From an uncultured Sphingomonas sp. (lineage in GTDB: Bacteria > Pseudomonadota > Alphaproteobacteria > Sphingomonadales > Sphingomonadaceae): 58,294 nucleotides of DNA. The DNA lies in contig CBDUBN010000001.1 in the NCBI GenBank assembly GCA_965365395.1, positions 1 through 58,294 on the forward strand. The letters are read 5' to 3'. A program made the position numbers and the translations under genes. Of this stretch, positions 50,807-58,294 are shown piece by piece. How positions within the stretch are numbered: the stretch's first letter is position 1; each line of letters begins with the position of its first letter. The notes beneath the pieces are model-generated. The model made no database searches. It was not told the origin of the DNA and saw nothing but the letters and a program-made list of their open reading frames with translations.

Positions 50807-52900
50807 ATGTCGATGATGATCCCGCGCGCCAATCTGTCGATCGATGCCGAGATGGCGGCCTTCGTCGAGAACGACGTGCTGCCGGGGCTCGGGATCGACA
50901 CAACGGCATTCTGGGAGGGTTTCGGCGATATCCTGGCGCGGTTCGAGCCGGAGAATGCGGCGCTGCTGGCGGAGCGGGATCGGCTACAGGGCGCGATCGA
51001 TGCATGGCATCGCGAGCGGGCGGGGCGGCCAGTCGATAACCAGATCTATCAGGCGTTTCTGCGCGACATCGGCTATCTGACGAACGAACCGGACCCGTTC
51101 ACGATCGGCACGGAACGCGTCGATGCCGAGATCGCGACCATGGCCGGGCCGCAGCTGGTGGTGCCGGCGCTGAATGCGCGGTTCGCGCTCAACGCCGCCA
51201 ACGCGCGCTGGGGCAGCCTGTACGATGCCTTCTACGGCACCGACGCCTTGCCCGGCAGGGCACGGCCCGGCGGCTATGATGCAGAGCGCGGCGCCGCGGT
51301 CGTCGCGGCGGCCAAGGCGTTTCTCGACACCGCGGTTCCGTTGGCGGGCGGCCGCTGGGCGGACTGGACCGGAGGCGAACCGGCGCTGGCCGAGCCAACG
51401 CAACTCGTTGGGCGGCGGGAGAGCGGACTGTTGTTCCGCAACAACGGGTTGCACATCGAACTGGTGATCGATCCCGAGAGCGAGGTCGGCCGTGCGGACC
51501 CGGCCGGCATCAGCGATGTCATCCTGGAGGCGGCGCTGACGACGATCATCGATCTCGAGGATTCGGTGGCGGCCGTCGACGGCGCGGACAAGGTTGCGGG
51601 GTGGCGCAACTGGCTGGGTCTGATGCGCGGCGACCTGGTCGACCGGTTCGACAAGGGCGGGCGGAGCGTCGAACGCGCGCTGGCACCCGACCGCGGCTGG
51701 ACCGCGCCGGATGGAACCGGGTTCACGCTGCCGGGACGCAGCCTGTTGTTCGTGCGCAACGTCGGCCATCTGATGACCAGTCCGGCGGTGCGCCTGGCCG
51801 ATGGGGCGGAGGCGCACGAGGGACTGCTGGATGCGGTCATGACGGCGACCATCGCGCTGTACGACCTCCAGGGGCTGGGCCGCTTTCGCAACAGCCGCAC
51901 GGGCAGCATCTATATCGTGAAGCCCAAGATGCATGGCCCGGCGGAGGCGGGCTTCACCAACCGCCTGTTCGATGCGGTGGAGGATATGCTGGGCCTGGCG
52001 CGGCACACGATGAAAGTCGGCGTGATGGACGAGGAGCGGCGGACGTCCGCCAATCTCGCCGCCTGTATCCATGCGGTGAAGGACCGCATCGCGTTCATCA
52101 ATACCGGCTTTCTCGACCGCACCGGCGATGAGATCCATACGTCGATGCACGCGGGCGCGATGATCCCCAAGGGGGAGATGAAGACGAGCGACTGGATCGC
52201 CGCTTATGAGGACCGCAACGTGCGCGTCGGCCTCGCCTGCGGTCTGTCCGGCCGCGCGCAGATCGGCAAGGGCATGTGGGCCATGCCCGACCTGATGGCC
52301 GCGATGATGGAGCAGAAGGTCGCGCACCCGATGAGCGGGGCGAACACCGCCTGGGTGCCGAGCCCGACCGCCGCCACGCTGCATGCGATGCATTATCATG
52401 CCGTCGACGTGTTCGCCCGGCAGCGCGCGATCGCGGGCGAGGCGATACCGGACCTCGACCGACTTCTGGCTATCCCCGCCGCGACGGGGCGGAACTGGAG
52501 CGCCGAGGAGGTGCAACGGGAACTCGACAATAATTGCCAGGGCATATTGGGCTATGTCGTGCGCTGGATCGATCAGGGCATCGGCTGTTCCAAGGTGCCG
52601 GACATCAACGACATCGGGCTGATGGAGGATCGCGCGACCCTGCGGATCGCCAGCCAGGCGCTGGCGAACTGGTTGCTGCACGGCGTGTGCACGCCCGCGC
52701 AGGTCGACGATGCGCTGGCGCGCATGGCGGCGAAGGTCGATGCGCAGAATGCGGGCGACCCGCTGTATCGGCCGCTCACGCCCGACGGCGTGGCGTGGCG
52801 CGCGGCGCGGGCACTGATCTTCGACGGCGCAGCGCAGCCGTCGGGCTATACCGAGCCGCTGCTGCACCGGTTCCGCGCCGAGAGGAAAGCGCAAGGCTAG
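50807..52900 (+). CDS. glcB: malate synthase G
   Basis: [80 protein letters not shown]; SD GAGGAGG. Confidence 0.97.
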   Translation: MSMMIPRANLSIDAEMAAFVENDVLPGLGIDTTAFWEGFGDILARFEPENAALLAERDRLQGAIDAWHRERAGRPVDNQIYQAFLRDIGYLTNEPDPFTIGTERVDAEIATMAGPQLVVPALNARFALNAANARWGSLYDAFYGTDALPGRARPGGYDAERGAAVVAAAKAFLDTAVPLAGGRWADWTGGEPALAEPTQLVGRRESGLLFRNNGLHIELVIDPESEVGRADPAGISDVILEAALTTIIDLEDSVAAVDGADKVAGWRNWLGLMRGDLVDRFDKGGRSVERALAPDRGWTAPDGTGFTLPGRSLLFVRNVGHLMTSPAVRLADGAEAHEGLLDAVMTATIALYDLQGLGRFRNSRTGSIYIVKPKMHGPAEAGFTNRLFDAVEDMLGLARHTMKVGVMDEERRTSANLAACIHAVKDRIAFINTGFLDRTGDEIHTSMHAGAMIPKGEMKTSDWIAAYEDRNVRVGLACGLSGRAQIGKGMWAMPDLMAAMMEQKVAHPMSGANTAWVPSPTAATLHAMHYHAVDVFARQRAIAGEAIPDLDRLLAIPAATGRNWSAEEVQRELDNNCQGILGYVVRWIDQGIGCSKVPDINDIGLMEDRATLRIASQALANWLLHGVCTPAQVDDALARMAAKVDAQNAGDPLYRPLTPDGVAWRAARALIFDGAAQPSGYTEPLLHRFRAERKAQG

Positions 52901-52932
52901 GCGGGCGGAGCGCCCGTCGCTACGGCGCGGCG

Positions 52933-53808
52933 ATGCTCCATACCGTCGCTGCCCTCTACCGTTTCGCGCCATTCGACGATCCGTCTTCCTTGCGAGCGCC
53001 ATTGCTCGCCGCCTGCCGCCAACACGGCATTTGCGGCACGCTGCTGCTGGCGCGTGAGGGCATCAATGGGACCATCGCCGGAACCGCGGCCGGCGTGGCA
53101 GCGGTGGTCGACCTTATCCGCGCGCTGCCTGGCTGCGCCGGACTCGACGTCAAATGGTCTACCGCACGCGGCGCGCCGTTCCGCCGCATGAAGGTGCGGA
53201 TGAAGAAGGAGATCGTGACGCTGGGCGTCGACGGCATCGATCCTGCGCGCGACGCCGGAACCCCGGTGGCGCCGGTGCACTGGAATGCGATCGTCGACGA
53301 TCCGGACACGGTGCTCGTCGATACGCGCAACGATTATGAGGTGGCGATCGGCAGCTTCGCCGGCGCGATCGATCCCGGCACGCGCAGTTTCAGCGCGTTC
53401 CCCGACTGGCTGCGCGCGAACCGTGCGGCGCTGGAGGGAAAACGGGTGGCGATGTTCTGCACCGGGGGCATCCGCTGCGAGAAGTCGACCGCGCTGCTGC
53501 GCCGCGAGGGCTTCGACAACGTGGTGCACCTCGCGGGCGGCATCCTCGCCTATCTGGAGCAGGTGCCCGCCGGGGAAAGCCGCTGGCAGGGCAGCTGTTT
53601 CGTCTTCGACGAGCGGGTGAGCGTCGGGCACGGGCTTGCGGAAGGCGGGCATAGCCTGTGCCGGGCCTGCCGAATGCCGCTGAGCGCGGCGGACCGGGAG
53701 CATGCGCTCTATCTCGAAGGGCGACGCTGTCACCATTGCGCCGATACGCGCAGCGACGCCGACCGCGCGCGCTATGCCGAGCGGCATCGGCAGGTCGCTG
53801 GCGGCTAG
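52933..53808 (+). CDS. trhO: rhodanese-domain tRNA uridine(34) hydroxylase (UPF0176)
   Basis: GTLLLAREGINGT, KVRMKKEIVTLG, DTRNDYE, MFCTGGIRCEK, GGILAYLE, CFVFDERV. Confidence 0.92.
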   Translation: MLHTVAALYRFAPFDDPSSLRAPLLAACRQHGICGTLLLAREGINGTIAGTAAGVAAVVDLIRALPGCAGLDVKWSTARGAPFRRMKVRMKKEIVTLGVDGIDPARDAGTPVAPVHWNAIVDDPDTVLVDTRNDYEVAIGSFAGAIDPGTRSFSAFPDWLRANRAALEGKRVAMFCTGGIRCEKSTALLRREGFDNVVHLAGGILAYLEQVPAGESRWQGSCFVFDERVSVGHGLAEGGHSLCRACRMPLSAADREHALYLEGRRCHHCADTRSDADRARYAERHRQVAGG

Positions 53809-54809
53809 GCCGGGATCTGCTGACTGCAGCAGTGAAAGCTGCCGCCACCCGACAGGATGGCGTCCGAGGGGAGCTGGACGACGCGCCGATCGGGGAAGAG
53901 ATCGGCGAGGACCGCGGCGGCGGCATCGTCCCAGCGGGTGGCGTAGGCGGGCACGGCGACGACGCGGTTGCCGATCAGAAAGTTCATATAGCTTGCCGGC
54001 ACGACCGCGCCGCCGATCTCGACGCGGCCCGGCGAGGGCAGGGTGACGATGTCGACGCCGAACGCCTCCGCCCGCCGGCGCGCATCGGCATAGACCGCGG
54101 TGTTGGGATCGTCGCCTCCGCTGGCTTCAGGTAGCAGCAACAAGCCCGGCGCGACCCAGCGCGCGAGATTGTCGACATGGCCGTCGGTGTGATCGTTGGC
54201 GAGCCCGTCGCCCAGCCACAGGATGCGCGTGAAGCCGAGCGCGCGGTCGAGGATCGATTCGACCAGCGCATGGCCGTAGCCGGGGTTGCGGTTGGGGTTG
54301 AGCAGGCACTGTTCGGTGGTGACGCACAGGCCGGCGCCGTCCCAGTCGATCGCGCCGCCTTCCAGCACCGTGTCGAACGGATCGCGCGGGAAGCCGTGGC
54401 GGGCGGCGAGGCGCGCGCCGATATCGACGTCGCCCGGCATCCAATATTTGCCGCCCCAGCCGTTGAAGGCGAAATCGACGGCGCGGCGGGCGCGGCCGGT
54501 GCCGGTGATGATCGGCGCGGTGTCGCGCAGCCAGATGTCGCCGAGGGGCTCGACGATGACTCGCACGCCGCGCGCGGCGAGACCCTGCGCGACGTCCGCA
54601 TCGGCCTCGCTGTTGCAGACCAGGATCACGGACTCGCCCTGGCAGGTGTCCGACAGGGCATTGGCGAGGCCCGCGACCTGCGCGCGCGCGGCGTCGAACG
54701 CATCGCCCCATTCCGACGGGATCGCGGGAAAGCCGATCCACATCGCGTCGTGCGGTGCCCATTCGGGCAGGGGGCCTTGCGTCATGAAGCCGGCGCGATC
54801 GTCCGCCAT
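53805..54809 (-). CDS. aguA: agmatine deiminase family protein
   Basis: PEWAPH, DIWLRD, FNGWGGKY, LEGGAI, TTEQCLLN.NRNP, DHTDGHVD, ASYMNF, GGGSFHCCSQQIP. Start 54809 or 54785. Confidence 0.9.
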   Translation of the reverse strand: MADDRAGFMTQGPLPEWAPHDAMWIGFPAIPSEWGDAFDAARAQVAGLANALSDTCQGESVILVCNSEADADVAQGLAARGVRVIVEPLGDIWLRDTAPIITGTGRARRAVDFAFNGWGGKYWMPGDVDIGARLAARHGFPRDPFDTVLEGGAIDWDGAGLCVTTEQCLLNPNRNPGYGHALVESILDRALGFTRILWLGDGLANDHTDGHVDNLARWVAPGLLLLPEASGGDDPNTAVYADARRRAEAFGVDIVTLPSPGRVEIGGAVVPASYMNFLIGNRVVAVPAYATRWDDAAAAVLADLFPDRRVVQLPSDAILSGGGSFHCCSQQIPA

Positions 54810-54815
54810 GCGCCG

Positions 54816-56468
54816 CTACCGCCCTGCGCGGCTGCGGTCGCGGATGGCGCGGAACTCGTCTCCCTCGTTCCAGTTCGGCCAGGCGGTGGTCATCGCAAGA
54901 TCGCGGCCCACCGCATAATAGAGCCGGAGATCGGCCATCATCCCGCGCCAGTCGGTGATGATCCCGATCTCATCATCGGGGCCGTGATAATAGTTTTCGG
55001 TGTAGCGTTCCGCGACCGCGCGGCCGGCGGGGGTGCCGCCCTCGACCAGATCTTCGCCGCCATCGAAATAAATCATCGGCACGCCGAGTTTCGCCAGGCT
55101 GAAATGATCGGAACGGTAGTAGAAGCCCTTCTCCGGCGTAGGTTCGGGCGTGATACGGCGCCCCTCGGCCGCGACCGCGCGGGCGAGATAGGTGTCGAGA
55201 TCGCTCTTGCCGCCGCCGATGACGATGATGTCGCGCGCAGGCCCCGCGCCAGACAGCGCATCCATGTTCACGCCGCCAACCGTCTGCGCGAGCGGGAAGA
55301 TGGGGTTTTCGGCATAATATTTGGAGCCGAGCAGGCCGCTCTCCTCCGCCGTCACCGCGAGGAAGACGAGGGTGCGTTCGGGCGCGCCGGCGCGGACGTG
55401 CGCCTCGGCCAGCGCGACCAGCGCCGCGGTGCCGGTGGCGTTGTCGATCGCGCCGTTGCAGATGTCGTCCCCCGCCGCGTTCGCCTCGCACCGGCCGAGA
55501 TGATCCCAGTGCGCGGTGTAGAGCACATATTCGTCCGGCCGGGTGCGGCCGGGGATGATGCCGACGACGTTGCGCGAGGGCGTGCGGCGGATGCGGTTGT
55601 CGAAGGAGAGTGATGCGGTCGTGCCCGTTAGCGGCACCGCGCGAAAGCCGGGGCGCCGGGCCGCATCGCGCAGGGCGTCGAAATCCTGGCCCGCGGCCGA
55701 GAACAGCGCGCGGGCGCGTTCCAGCTGGATCCACCCATTGGCCTGGGTTTCGTCCATATGGTTGTCGGCGGCGTCCTGCGTATATTGGGGGCCGGTCCAG
55801 GACGAGCGCACGACGTTCCAGCCATAGGCCGCGGGTTCCGTATCATGCACGATCAGTACGGCGGCCGCACCCTGGCGCGCGGCCTCCTCATATTTGTAGG
55901 TCCAGCGGCCGTAGTAGGTCATGGCGCGGCCGCCGAACTGGCCGTCGAGGCCCGTGGTCTGCCAGTCGGGATCGTTGACCAGGACGACCACCGTCTTGCC
56001 GCGCACGTCGACGCCGGCATAGTCGTTCCAGCCACGCTCGGGCGCGTTGATGCCGTAGCCGACGAAGACGACCTGCGAATCGCGGATGTCCGTGCGCGGC
56101 GTTATGCGGAAACTGTTGGCGACGAAATCGTCGCCGACGCTCAGCCGCTGGGCTCCGCGCGGGGTGTTGAAGACGAGCGGGCTGACGTTGGCGGCGTTGA
56201 TCTCCACCAGCGGCACATCCTGCGTCCAACGGCCGTTGTTCCCGGGTTGCAGGCCGACACGCGCGAATTCGCTGGTCAGATAATCGACGGTGATGCGTTC
56301 GCCGTCGGTGCCGGGTGCGCGCCCTTCGAACCCGTCCGAGGCGAGCTGTGTCGTCACCGTGCGCAGCGTCTCCTCGCTGATCTGCGGGTCTGGCGCGCGG
56401 GGCACGGTGGCGCATGCGGCGAGCGCGATGGCGGGCAGGGCGGCGGATAGGGCGGCGAAACGGCGCAT
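54816..56468 (-). CDS. M28 family metallopeptidase with PA domain, lipoprotein
   Basis: Lipobox ALAAC, LASDGFEGRAPGT, MTYYGRWTYK, AHWDHLG, NGAIDNATG, TAEESGLLG, YRSDHF, YHGPDDE. Confidence 0.92.
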   Translation of the reverse strand: MRRFAALSAALPAIALAACATVPRAPDPQISEETLRTVTTQLASDGFEGRAPGTDGERITVDYLTSEFARVGLQPGNNGRWTQDVPLVEINAANVSPLVFNTPRGAQRLSVGDDFVANSFRITPRTDIRDSQVVFVGYGINAPERGWNDYAGVDVRGKTVVVLVNDPDWQTTGLDGQFGGRAMTYYGRWTYKYEEAARQGAAAVLIVHDTEPAAYGWNVVRSSWTGPQYTQDAADNHMDETQANGWIQLERARALFSAAGQDFDALRDAARRPGFRAVPLTGTTASLSFDNRIRRTPSRNVVGIIPGRTRPDEYVLYTAHWDHLGRCEANAAGDDICNGAIDNATGTAALVALAEAHVRAGAPERTLVFLAVTAEESGLLGSKYYAENPIFPLAQTVGGVNMDALSGAGPARDIIVIGGGKSDLDTYLARAVAAEGRRITPEPTPEKGFYYRSDHFSLAKLGVPMIYFDGGEDLVEGGTPAGRAVAERYTENYYHGPDDEIGIITDWRGMMADLRLYYAVGRDLAMTTAWPNWNEGDEFRAIRDRSRAGR

Positions 56469-56596
56469 GATGGTCCCCTTCTTGCTTTGCCAGCGTAACT
56501 AACCGCGCGGGTGAGGGTTGCAAGCAGCGCGATTGCCATGCGCATGCCGCAGCCCTAGCATCCGGTTGCGTAATGAAATGCGATCGGGAGGCGGGC

Positions 56597-57610
56597 ATGA
56601 CGGGCAAATTGCTGGTGACCGGGGGGTCGGGCTATATCGCGGGGTTCATCATCCGGCAGGCGATCGCGGAAGGGTGGGAAGTCGCGACGACCGTCCGCAA
56701 CCTGTCGCGCGAAGCCGAGGTGCGCGGCTGGCTGGGGGTGGACGACAGCAAGCTCGTGTTTCACGCTGCGGACCTGATGTCCGACGCGGGGTGGGCAGAG
56801 GCGGTTGCGGGGTGCAGCCATGTCGCGCACGTCGCCTCGCCGCTGCCGTCCGAGAAGCCCAAGAGCGACGACGAATTGATCGTGCCCGCGCGGGAGGGCG
56901 CTTTGCGTGCCTTGCGTTTTGCGCGCGACGCCGGCGTGCAGCGTGTAGTGATGACCTCCTCGGTCGCGGCGATCAGTTATGGCCACCATGCGCAGACACG
57001 CTTCACCGAGGCCGACTGGACGGACGTATCGAGCCCGGACGCCTATGCCTATGTCAAATCGAAGACCATCGCCGAGCGCGCCGCGCGCGACTGGATCGCT
57101 GCGCACGGGGAGGCACCCGAGTTCTGCACGGTCAATCCCAGCCTCGTGCTCGGGCCGTTGCTGACCGCCGACTTTTCCACCTCGCTCGAGGCGATCAAGA
57201 AACTGCTCAGCGGCGCGATGCCCGGCGTGCCACGCATCGGCTTCGGCGTGGTGGACGTGCGCGATGTGGCGGACATGCACGTGAAGCTGCTGACCGCGCC
57301 GGACATAAACGGCGAGCGCTTCATCGCGTCGGGGCCGTTCCTGTGGCTGGCGGATATCGCGGCGATCCTTCGCGCCGAGCTGGGGCCGGACGCGCGGCGG
57401 GTGCCGACCCGGCGCATCCCCGACTGGCTGATGCGCGTCCTTGCCAATTTCGACCCTGTCATTCGCCAGGTGAAAGGCGAGATCGGGCATGTGCGCGAGC
57501 ATGACGCCGGCCACGCGGCGGCGAAGCTGGGCTGGCATGCCCGGCCCGCGCGGGAGAGCATCGTCGATTGCGCGCGCGACCTCATCCGGCTGGGCGTGGT
57601 GAAAGTCTAG
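56597..57610 (+). CDS. NAD(P)-dependent epimerase/aldehyde reductase (extended SDR, DFR-like)
   Basis: LVTGGSGYIA, HVASP, VMTSS, YVKSK, VDVRDVA; SD GGAGG. Confidence 0.9.
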   Translation: MTGKLLVTGGSGYIAGFIIRQAIAEGWEVATTVRNLSREAEVRGWLGVDDSKLVFHAADLMSDAGWAEAVAGCSHVAHVASPLPSEKPKSDDELIVPAREGALRALRFARDAGVQRVVMTSSVAAISYGHHAQTRFTEADWTDVSSPDAYAYVKSKTIAERAARDWIAAHGEAPEFCTVNPSLVLGPLLTADFSTSLEAIKKLLSGAMPGVPRIGFGVVDVRDVADMHVKLLTAPDINGERFIASGPFLWLADIAAILRAELGPDARRVPTRRIPDWLMRVLANFDPVIRQVKGEIGHVREHDAGHAAAKLGWHARPARESIVDCARDLIRLGVVKV

Positions 57611-57711
57611 GCTGGTCGGCCTGACCCTAGCTGGTTGCTCCGCGGGCAAGGGGGCGGCTTGCATTGTGCGACCATCCGATGAATGACGCTTGCGTAAAGC
57701 ACGGAGCCAGC

Positions 57712-58294
57712 ATGTCCTCGACCATCGCCGAACTGGAAAGCCGCAGGGCCGCGGCACGCCTGGGCGGAGGGCAGAAACGGATCGATGCGCAGCATGCCAA
57801 AGGCAAGCTGACCGCGCGCGAACGGCTGGATGTTCTGCTCGACGAAGGATCGTTCGAGGAGCTCGACATGTTCGTCGAGCACAACGCGGTCGATTTCGGC
57901 ATGGACGAGCAGGTCGTGCTGGGCGACGGCGTGGTCACCGGATCGGGGACGATCAACGGGCGGCTGGTCTATGTGTTTTCGCAGGACTTCACCGTATTCG
58001 GCGGATCGCTGTCCGAACGGCACGCGGGGAAGATCTGCAAGGTCATGGACATGGCGATGAAGGTCGGCGCGCCGGTCATCGGCCTCAACGATTCGGGCGG
58101 TGCGCGCATCCAGGAGGGCGTCGCGAGCCTGGGCGGCTACGCCGAGGTGTTCCAGCGCAACGTGCTGGCAAGCGGTGTCGTGCCGCAGCTGAGCCTGATC
58201 ATGGGGCCGTGCGCGGGGGGCGCGGTCTATTCGCCGGCAATGACCGACTTCATCTTCATGGTGAAGGATTCGAGCTACATGTTCGTGACCGGAC
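57712..58294 (+). CDS. pccB: acyl-CoA (propionyl-CoA) carboxylase carboxyltransferase subunit beta, partial (runs off window)
   Basis: My translation from ATG 57712: [12 protein letters not shown]...[22 protein letters not shown]...GDGVVTG.G...[11 protein letters not shown]...[10 protein letters not shown]...[16 protein letters not shown]; absent from the ORF track because it has no stop in the window. Confidence 0.92.
   Translation, partial: MSSTIAELESRRAAARLGGGQKRIDAQHAKGKLTARERLDVLLDEGSFEELDMFVEHNAVDFGMDEQVVLGDGVVTGSGTINGRLVYVFSQDFTVFGGSLSERHAGKICKVMDMAMKVGAPVIGLNDSGGARIQEGVASLGGYAEVFQRNVLASGVVPQLSLIMGPCAGGAVYSPAMTDFIFMVKDSSYMFVTG

Noticed and set aside
56522-56549. GG-N10-GC sigma54-like matches upstream of the second M28 gene
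   Set aside because: Several mismatches from consensus, and such matches are common at this GC content; a TTGCAA-N16-TAGTTA sigma70-like promoter (56523-56496) fits better.

Overview
GC-rich alphaproteobacterial chromosomal segment; gene content and a PEPxxWA-CTERM protein point to Sphingomonadales. It holds about 50 tightly packed, mostly housekeeping CDS. In order: DUF3597/DUF937, NfeD/SPFH, CitE-like lyase, M28 peptidase, guaB, RsmB-like methylase, rsmA-pdxA-surA-lptD, pepA-holC, ndk, a PEP-CTERM protein, purN (fused to a YjbR/MmcQ domain)-purM, DUF2066-like-hdaA-ppk1-ppx, I78 inhibitor-rnd, aspS, ppk2, serine hydrolase, slt, dapA-smpB-DUF2062, M13 peptidase-cckA-sdaA, class II-like phaC-phaZ, M20 hydrolase-astA-astB, glcB, trhO, aguA, a second M28 peptidase, an SDR epimerase and a partial pccB. 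I found no rRNA, tRNA, CRISPR array, prophage or IS element. Non-coding signals are two REP/RPE4-like palindromic repeats, a candidate EcfG promoter before DUF937, and a perfect sigma54 promoter with an enhancer-like dyad. That sigma54 promoter drives a nearly leaderless 83-aa membrane protein just upstream of phaC-phaZ. The best candidates for something undescribed are this sigma54 small protein/phaC/phaZ unit, the PurN-YjbR fusion, the three-gene arginine succinyltransferase operon, and a LecA-like PEP-CTERM protein. All calls come from motif recognition by eye; no searches were run. Many start codons were re-picked downstream of the ORF-track starts.
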